Shown: positions 57,456 through 64,000 of the stretch, piece by piece
How the letters are laid out: each line of letters begins with the position of its first letter
How positions within the stretch are numbered: position 1 is the stretch's first letter
Origin: Meiothermus sp.
GTDB taxonomy: Bacteria > Deinococcota > Deinococci > Deinococcales > Thermaceae
Direction: 5' to 3'
NCBI GenBank assembly: GCA_037440185.1
Contig: JBBIUP010000001.1
Coordinates: 17,729-81,728, forward strand
Length of the DNA stretch: 64,000 bases
Position numbers and translations under genes: made by a program
Notes under the pieces: generated by a model
What the model saw: only the letters and a program-made list of their open reading frames with translations
The model's database searches: none
What the model was told of the DNA's origin: nothing

Positions 57456-59840
57456 ATGCGTTTAGAACTGCCGGTCATTCCACTGCGAAATACCGTCATC
57501 TTGCCGCATACCACCACCCCGGTGGATGTGGGCCGTGCCAAAAGCAAGCGTGCGGTCGAAGAAGCAATGGGTGCCGACCGGCTGATCTTCCTGGTAGCGC
57601 AGCGCGACCCGGAAGTAGACGACCCCACCCAGGACGATCTCTTTGTGTGGGGCGTTCAGGCGGTGGTTAAGCAGGCCATGCGCCTACCCGATGGCACTTT
57701 GCAAGTGATGGTGGAGGCCCGCGCCAGGGCCGAGGTCAAAGATTACATCGCTGGGCCTTTTCTGCGGGCTCGGGGCGAGGTGTACTCCGAAATCTTTCCC
57801 GCCGACGAGACCGTGACCCGCGTGTTGGTGGAAGAACTCAAAGATGCTTTCGATAAATACGTGAGCAGCCACAAGTCGTTGCGGCTGGATCGCTATCAGT
57901 TAGAGGCGGTGAAGGGCACCACCGACCCGGCCATGCTGGCCGATACTATCGCCTATCACTCGACCTGGACGGTAGCCGAGAAGCAGGAAATCCTCGAGCT
58001 GACCGACATCGAAGTTCGGCTCAAGAAGGTTCTGGAATTCCTCAGCCGGGACTTGGAGCGCTTCGACCTCGACAAGAAGGTAGCCCAGCGGGTCAAAGAC
58101 CAGATGGACACCAACCAGCGCGAATACTATCTGCGCGAGCAGATGAAGGCCATCCAGAAGGAGCTGGGTAGCGGCGAGGACGGCCTCAGCGACCTGGATG
58201 CATTGCGCAAAAAGATCGAGGAATCCGGGATGCCCGAGGCCGTGCAGACCAAGGCCCTCAAGGAGCTGGATCGGCTCGAGCGCATGCAGCAAGGCAGCCC
58301 CGAGGCCACGGTAGCCCGCACCTATCTGGACTGGCTAACCGACGTGCCCTGGATCAAGGCCGACCCCGAGGTGCTGGATATCACCCACACCCGCCAGATT
58401 CTGGACGAGGATCACTACGGCCTCAAAGACGTGAAGGAGCGCATCCTGGAATACCTGGCGGTACGCCAGATGACCGCCAACCTGGAAGTGCGCAACAAAG
58501 CTCCCATCCTGGTGTTGGTGGGGCCTCCAGGGGTGGGCAAGACCTCGCTGGGCCGCTCCATCGCCCGCAGCATGAACCGCAAGTTCCACCGCATCTCGCT
58601 GGGTGGGGTGCGCGACGAGGCCGAAATTCGCGGCCACCGCCGCACCTACATCGGCGCGATGCCGGGCAAGCTGATCCACGCCATGAAGCAGGTGGGTGTG
58701 GTCAATCCGGTGATTTTGCTGGACGAAATTGACAAGATGAGCAGCGACTGGCGCGGCGACCCCGCCAGCGCCATGCTGGAAGTGCTCGACCCCGAGCAGA
58801 ACAACACCTTTACCGACCACTACCTCGACGTACAGTACGATCTCTCCAAGGTTTTCTTCATCACCACTGCCAACAGCCTGCAGACCATTCCTCGGCCCCT
58901 GCTCGACCGGATGGAAATCATCGAGATTCCGGGGTATACCAACCTCGAGAAGGCCTCTATCGCCCAACAGTACCTCTGGCCCAAACAGGTCAAAGAGGCT
59001 GGCATGGACGGCAAAATTGACGTCACCGAAGCCGCCACCATGCGGGTCATCAACGAGTACACCCGCGAGGCCGGGGTGCGGGGACTCGAGCGCGAGATGG
59101 GCAAGATCGCCCGCAAAGGGGCCAAGTTCTGGCTGGAAGGTAACTGGGAAGCTGTCCGCACCGTGGACGCCCCCGAAGTCCCGACCTACCTGGGTATTCC
59201 TCGCTTCCGCCCCGACAAGGCCGAGACCGAGCCCCAGGTGGGCACGGCACAGGGGCTGGCCTGGACGCCGGTGGGTGGCACCCTCTTGACAATTGAGGTC
59301 GCCGCCGTGCCTGGCAACGGCAAGCTATCGCTGACGGGCCAGCTGGGTGAGGTGATGAAGGAGTCGGCCCAGGCCGCCCTGACCTACCTGCGGGCGCATG
59401 CCAGCGACTATGGCCTGCCCGAGGACTTCCACAACAAAGTAGACCTGCATGTTCACGTGCCCGACGGGGCCACCCCCAAGGACGGCCCCAGCGCAGGCAT
59501 CACCATGACCACCGCCATTGCCAGTGCCCTCAGCCGCCGTCCAGCCCGCATGGATATTGCCATGACCGGCGAGGTCAGCCTGCGTGGCAAAGTGATGCCG
59601 ATTGGCGGCGTGAAGGAGAAGCTGCTGGCTGCCCACCAGGCCGGCATCCACAAGATTGTGCTGCCCAAGGACAACGAGCCGCAGCTCGAGGACTTGCCCA
59701 AAGAGGTGCTGGAAGGGCTGGACATCAAGCTAGTGGAGAATGTGGGCGACGTGTTGGGGTACCTCCTGCTGCCCGAGCCGGCCATGCCCCCTGTGGTGCA
59801 GCCCAGCGACAATCGTCAGCAACCGGGCGCGGGTGCGTAA
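57456..59840 (+). CDS. lon: ATP-dependent Lon protease (LonA)
   Basis: GPPGVGKT, DEAEIRGHRRTY, PKDGPSAG, GGVKEK. Confidence 0.98.
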   Translation: MRLELPVIPLRNTVILPHTTTPVDVGRAKSKRAVEEAMGADRLIFLVAQRDPEVDDPTQDDLFVWGVQAVVKQAMRLPDGTLQVMVEARARAEVKDYIAGPFLRARGEVYSEIFPADETVTRVLVEELKDAFDKYVSSHKSLRLDRYQLEAVKGTTDPAMLADTIAYHSTWTVAEKQEILELTDIEVRLKKVLEFLSRDLERFDLDKKVAQRVKDQMDTNQREYYLREQMKAIQKELGSGEDGLSDLDALRKKIEESGMPEAVQTKALKELDRLERMQQGSPEATVARTYLDWLTDVPWIKADPEVLDITHTRQILDEDHYGLKDVKERILEYLAVRQMTANLEVRNKAPILVLVGPPGVGKTSLGRSIARSMNRKFHRISLGGVRDEAEIRGHRRTYIGAMPGKLIHAMKQVGVVNPVILLDEIDKMSSDWRGDPASAMLEVLDPEQNNTFTDHYLDVQYDLSKVFFITTANSLQTIPRPLLDRMEIIEIPGYTNLEKASIAQQYLWPKQVKEAGMDGKIDVTEAATMRVINEYTREAGVRGLEREMGKIARKGAKFWLEGNWEAVRTVDAPEVPTYLGIPRFRPDKAETEPQVGTAQGLAWTPVGGTLLTIEVAAVPGNGKLSLTGQLGEVMKESAQAALTYLRAHASDYGLPEDFHNKVDLHVHVPDGATPKDGPSAGITMTTAIASALSRRPARMDIAMTGEVSLRGKVMPIGGVKEKLLAAHQAGIHKIVLPKDNEPQLEDLPKEVLEGLDIKLVENVGDVLGYLLLPEPAMPPVVQPSDNRQQPGAGA

Positions 59841-59850
59841 ACCTATAATG

Positions 59851-59882
59851 CCAGACCCTCCCTCAAATCAGGGAGGGTCTGG
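59851..59882. terminator. Hairpin terminator downstream of lon
   Basis: CCAGACCCTCCCT-CAAATC-AGGGAGGGTCTGG (13-bp stem). Confidence 0.7.
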
Positions 59883-59903
59883 TGTGTCTTACGTGGTTTT
59901 CCA

Positions 59904-60143
59904 CTCGAGGCGAAGCACCGTAACCCCAATTCTTCCAGATAGGCCGTCCGTTCTGCATCGTAGGCGAGCCCTCGAGCTTGAGACCCAACAGACCATAGGG
60001 AGTTGCCTTCATGAAAACTCGAGGCGCAGTTTCTTGCCCAGCACCACCGCCACCCGCCCCAGGGTTTGCAGGGTTACGAAGGGGTTGTCGGGGTCGAGCG
60101 GCGGTCTATGGCGGTACGGCAGGGCTTAATCTCGGAGTACCAT
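59904..60143 (-). pseudogene. Remnants of an XRE-type antitoxin C-terminus and a DUF559 C-terminus
   Basis: LDPDNPFVTLQTLGRVAVVLGKKLRLEF (60009-60098, early stop upstream) and AYDAERTAYLEELG/TVLRL (59904-59965, frameshifted). Confidence 0.55.
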
Positions 60144-60166
60144 TCACGAACTACTTAGCGTAATCG

Positions 60167-63139
60167 CTAGCCGCACTTGCTATAACCGCAGCTATAGCAC
60201 TTGGTACACCCTTCCTCGCGCACCAGGTTCTCGTCGCCGCACTCGGGGCACGTGCCCAGGCCAGTCTTGCCCTTTTCCATCGGCTGGATGTTCTGAATCG
60301 GCGCGGTCATGGCACGTTGCATGGCCTGGGGCACCATGTGGTCTTCGAGGGGCATCTGGGCGGCTTTGCGCTCGCCCTCGGCAAGCTGGATTTTGCTGGT
60401 GGTTTCCAACGCGACCGCAATCAGGTCGGCCTTGCTGGTGACAAAGCGACCCTGGTAGCTACCGTACAAACCTCCGTTGATGCCGCGCAGGGTCTTGACC
60501 AGCTCGGGCACCGGCACCCCGTATTGCAGGGCCTTAGAGATGATGCGGCCCAGGGCCTCGCTATCGGCGTTGGCCTCGTCGCCAGCTTTGCCCGAGGTCA
60601 GGATCACCTCCACCGGGTGTTCGCCCTGCATGTTCACCGTCACCAAAAAGCCCCGCCGGGTGCCGTCGCTGTTGGTCAGCTTCACCATGTCGGTGTAGCC
60701 CACCAGGCGGCCGGTACGCTCGAAGATGGGGCCCACACCCCGGCTGGTCTCGAGGCCGGTGTGTGCGCTCGAGGGAACCTCCAGCAGCGCAGGCTGCACT
60801 GCAATGGTCTCCTCCTTCTGGCCCTCGGCCTTCTTCTCTTCCTTGCTCACCGACAACACCTGATACTCGCGGCTGCCATCGCGGTAGACCGTGATGCCCT
60901 TGCAGCCGGTCAGATAGGCTTCGGTATAGGCCGCCTCCACGTCGGCCACGCTGGCCTCGTTGGGCAGGTTGATGGTCTTGGAGAGCGAGTTGGCCGCGTA
61001 GCCCTCGGCGTCGAAGGTGGTCTGCACCACGCCCTGCATCCGCACGTGATCCAGCGGTGGCACGTCGTGCGCGCCTTCAAACACGTTGCCAATGGCGCCG
61101 GGAATGCCTTCCAAGCCCTTCACGGTGCCGTGGTTGGCCTGGATGGCTTCGATAATCGCATCCCAGTTCCAGGCCCCGTCCTTCTCGAACGGCCCCGTGG
61201 CCGGGAATTGCTCCATCATCTCCAAAAACAAGGGGTGCAACAGGGCCTTGTAATGCCCGCCGATGCGCCGCCACATGAAGGGCGAGAACATTGGCTCGAT
61301 GCCGCTCGAGACCCCCATCAGCATGCTGGTAGTTCCAGTGGGGGCCACCGTCAACACCGCCACGTTGCGGCGAGGGCGAATGCCCAGTTTCGCAAAGGCA
61401 GCCTGGTTCTTCTCGTACACCTCGAAGACCCCACGTTCGTGCCCCAGATGCTCGGACTCGGCCACGGCCTCTTCGCGCATCACGTTCATTGCCTGGATCA
61501 CCACCTGGCGGCCCGCTTCCGACGAATAGGGCAGGCCCATCTTGATGAGCATGTCGGCCATGCCCATCACCCCCAGCCCCAAGCGACGCAGGGTTTGCGA
61601 GGCGGTGCGGTTGTCTTCCAGGGCAAACACGTTCACATCCAGCACATTGTCAAGGAATCGAATGGCGGTGCGCACATCCTGTCGGAAGGCGGCATGGTTG
61701 AACTCACCGTTTTCCACATAGGCCGCCAGGTTGATGGCCCCCAGGTCGCAGGGCTCGCCTACCGTGAGGGGGATTTCGCCGCAGGGGTTGGTGGAGCGAA
61801 TCGCATAACGGGAGCCGAGGTTCTTGAGGGCCGAGAGGTCGTTGATGCGATCCACAAAGATCAGGCCGGGTTCGCCGGTGGCCCAGGCGTGCCAGGCAAT
61901 TTCGTGCCACAGCCACTTGGCCGGCACCTTGCCAGCGTAGACTGGAATCGCTCGAGCCCCGTCTTGAGCGCGTTCGGGCAGGTCGGGCAACACCCCGCTG
62001 TAGTTGCCTTGCACCGGGTGGGGGTAATATTTGCCCGGCACCTCGGAGGGCTCGACCGCCCACAGGCCATCGGCCTGCAATACATTCCAGAAAGCATCGG
62101 TAGCCAGGATCGAGATGTTGAAGGTCGAGATGTCGCCCTCGCTGGCCTCGCGGTCGAGGTCTTTGGCAGTCAGAAAGTCCAGCAGATCGGGGTGGTCAAT
62201 GGCGATAGTGGCCATACCCGCCCCACGGCGGGTGCCACCCTGGCGCACCACCCGCAACACCGGTGCGTACACATAGCGCAGGGTGGCGACAGGGCCGGCT
62301 TTATCGGCTCCCAGGTTGGCCCACTCGAGGAAGTTGTCGAAAATCTCTATCAGGAAGCTGACCGGGCCGCTGCTGGTGCCGCCGCTGCCCTTGATTTCGG
62401 CTCCTTCGGGGCGCAAGCTGCTGAAGTCCACATGGGGTTCCTGGCCCTTCACCGCCAGGCTCAGGGCAGCCCTGGCAGACTCGATAATGCCGCGCATATC
62501 ATCGGGTACCCCCAGCACATCGTTGGGCCTTTCCCGCACCATCATGACCCCGTTGCGCCGGGCCAGTGCCGCTAGTTCGGGCTTCAGGAGGCCATAAACC
62601 ACCCGCGTCCAGTTGCGCACGGTAATGTTTTCCTTCTCGCCATCGGGGTTGATGGGGGGGCGCATCATGCCCTTGATGAAGTCTTCGACATCGGCATGCT
62701 CGGCCGCAATGTAGGCGAAACCGCGCACCGTGCCACGCGGGCCAGCGTTCTTGCGCGAGACGTAGAGGTCGAGGTTGACCCCGTTGCCGCCACCCACTTT
62801 GGTCACCAGGGCCAGCTTGGTCGCCACTTCCAACACCCCATCGAAGCTGCTGGGGTCGCTATCGGTTGCACCCTGCACGAAGCAATTGAGCACATTGCCA
62901 TGCTGGGTACCCGCACCCGCCAACACCCGCCCACCAGGGCAAAAACGCTTGGAAGCCATCAATTGATAAAACTGCTCTCCCCAGTACTCTTTGTCCTGCT
63001 CAGATTTTTCGGGCGAGGCCACCCAAGTTGCCACGCGGCGAAACATTCCAAACACGTCCCCATCACCAGATTGCATGTACTGGCGCTTGGCAATGGCTTG
63101 GGCGTGGTCATCAAAAAGTGCGGGTTTGAAGCTATTCAT
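60167..63139 (-). CDS. nrdJ: Adenosylcobalamin-dependent (class II) ribonucleotide reductase
   Basis: NCFV, QGGTRRGA, TNPCGE, CDLGAINL, VAPTGT, KGITVYRDGSR; C-terminal TSCPD-like domain and CPEC...CYSCGYSKC. Confidence 0.95.
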   Translation of the reverse strand: MNSFKPALFDDHAQAIAKRQYMQSGDGDVFGMFRRVATWVASPEKSEQDKEYWGEQFYQLMASKRFCPGGRVLAGAGTQHGNVLNCFVQGATDSDPSSFDGVLEVATKLALVTKVGGGNGVNLDLYVSRKNAGPRGTVRGFAYIAAEHADVEDFIKGMMRPPINPDGEKENITVRNWTRVVYGLLKPELAALARRNGVMMVRERPNDVLGVPDDMRGIIESARAALSLAVKGQEPHVDFSSLRPEGAEIKGSGGTSSGPVSFLIEIFDNFLEWANLGADKAGPVATLRYVYAPVLRVVRQGGTRRGAGMATIAIDHPDLLDFLTAKDLDREASEGDISTFNISILATDAFWNVLQADGLWAVEPSEVPGKYYPHPVQGNYSGVLPDLPERAQDGARAIPVYAGKVPAKWLWHEIAWHAWATGEPGLIFVDRINDLSALKNLGSRYAIRSTNPCGEIPLTVGEPCDLGAINLAAYVENGEFNHAAFRQDVRTAIRFLDNVLDVNVFALEDNRTASQTLRRLGLGVMGMADMLIKMGLPYSSEAGRQVVIQAMNVMREEAVAESEHLGHERGVFEVYEKNQAAFAKLGIRPRRNVAVLTVAPTGTTSMLMGVSSGIEPMFSPFMWRRIGGHYKALLHPLFLEMMEQFPATGPFEKDGAWNWDAIIEAIQANHGTVKGLEGIPGAIGNVFEGAHDVPPLDHVRMQGVVQTTFDAEGYAANSLSKTINLPNEASVADVEAAYTEAYLTGCKGITVYRDGSREYQVLSVSKEEKKAEGQKEETIAVQPALLEVPSSAHTGLETSRGVGPIFERTGRLVGYTDMVKLTNSDGTRRGFLVTVNMQGEHPVEVILTSGKAGDEANADSEALGRIISKALQYGVPVPELVKTLRGINGGLYGSYQGRFVTSKADLIAVALETTSKIQLAEGERKAAQMPLEDHMVPQAMQRAMTAPIQNIQPMEKGKTGLGTCPECGDENLVREEGCTKCYSCGYSKCG

Positions 63140-63184
63140 GCTGTCCTCCAAAATTTGAGCGCGTGATCCCCGGCCACCATTGCG

Positions 63185-63231
63185 GCACAAGATATAGGGG
63201 GTTCCGCGTCAGATACTACTACCTATTGTGT
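63185..63231. promoter_or_regulatory. Pair of NrdR boxes
   Basis: GCACAAGATATAGGGG (63185) and CTACTACCTATTGTGT (63216), 31 bp apart. Confidence 0.8.
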
Positions 63232-63495
63232 GTTATTGACAAGGGGGTCAAGAAAGCCGGCTTTTTCGGATGAAAACAGAATACAGTAGGTGCCTTGAGA
63301 AAATCAAGCCTCGAGGCCAAACATCTAGGGGGTATCTTTGTGAATTACTACTATAAGTAGTAGATAGATTGAGATTGTTTCTGTCCTGTACAGAAGTAGC
63401 CTCGAGATTTGGCTGGTGCAGGGGGAGCGCAAAGCTACTTCCCACGAAGATTTGGGTGTACAGCCCTCCGTCCTCCGCATCCTGGGAACTTAATC

Positions 63496-64000
63496 CTACT
63501 CGCGGGCCTGCCAGACCGCCAGGGAAAACGGCTCCAAGATGCCATCCTCGAGGTTGCCTCCCACACACTTGCCTTCCTTACCCGATAGCAAGTCTATGGC
63601 CTGCTCGCCCCTGGGCCAGACCCCGTGCAGCGGGATGTGGATACGCCAGGCCTCGGGCGAGGCATTGATGGTCACGACCACGCTTCCTTGTTCATCGCTG
63701 CGGGCAAAAGCCAGGTGAGCATCCTGCCCGTAGAGGTACTGGTATCTGCCGTGGCGCAGCACCGGAAGTGACTGCCTTAGGGCCGACATCTGCTGAATGG
63801 TCTGCATCAAGGGCCTGTGCCAACGGGTCTGGTTCCAGATCATGCCCCGGCGGTTGTCGGGGTCGTGACCCCCGGCTATGCCGATCTCGTCGCCGTAGTA
63901 GACCGTCGGCACCCCTGGCAGGGTGAAGAGCATGGCAAAAGCCAATTGCACCCGCTCGATCTTGGCCCGCAAGATGCTAAAAATGCGGGGGGTGTCATGC
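63496..64000 (-). CDS. GH13 alpha-amylase/neopullulanase family, C-terminal part (5' end beyond the window)
   Basis: HDTPR, FTLPGVPTVYYGDEIG, DPDNRRGMIW. Confidence 0.9.
   Translation of the reverse strand, partial: HDTPRIFSILRAKIERVQLAFAMLFTLPGVPTVYYGDEIGIAGGHDPDNRRGMIWNQTRWHRPLMQTIQQMSALRQSLPVLRHGRYQYLYGQDAHLAFARSDEQGSVVVTINASPEAWRIHIPLHGVWPRGEQAIDLLSGKEGKCVGGNLEDGILEPFSLAVWQARE

Noticed and set aside
60317-62575. 752-aa plus-strand ORF antisense to nrdJ
   Set aside because: Shadow ORF caused by high GC3 of nrdJ; no recognisable motifs.
60167-63139. Intein or cobalamin riboswitch associated with nrdJ
   Set aside because: No intein splice motifs interrupt the RNR motifs, and no B12-box was recognised upstream.

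Overview
64 kb of a Deinococcota chromosome, most likely Meiothermus, judged from the LonA, Nqo/Nuo and D-hydantoinase sequences and many leaderless genes. In order it carries: two TerC Mn exporters, one under a yybP-ykoY riboswitch; a PlsY-like/acyl-ACP-reductase-like fusion; an AT-rich islet with two unannotated 20-21 aa Cys-loop peptides upstream of an ABC-2 exporter; mqnB; a degenerate UDG; an S9 peptidase; a complete nuoA-N operon; a LacI-controlled sugar-ABC operon with three ADP-ribosylglycohydrolases, a CitE lyase and a CoA-transferase; a reductive pyrimidine catabolism cluster interrupted by DUF559 and Uma2 nuclease genes; HspR-boxed lon; NrdR-boxed nrdJ; and a partial GH13 gene. In the nuo operon, NuoN has a C-terminal Ig-like tail and NuoG has an in-frame palindromic repeat. 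The best candidate for an undescribed system is the peptide/exporter islet at 4445-6404. All calls come from reading the sequence by eye and from recalled family motifs. No database searches were run.
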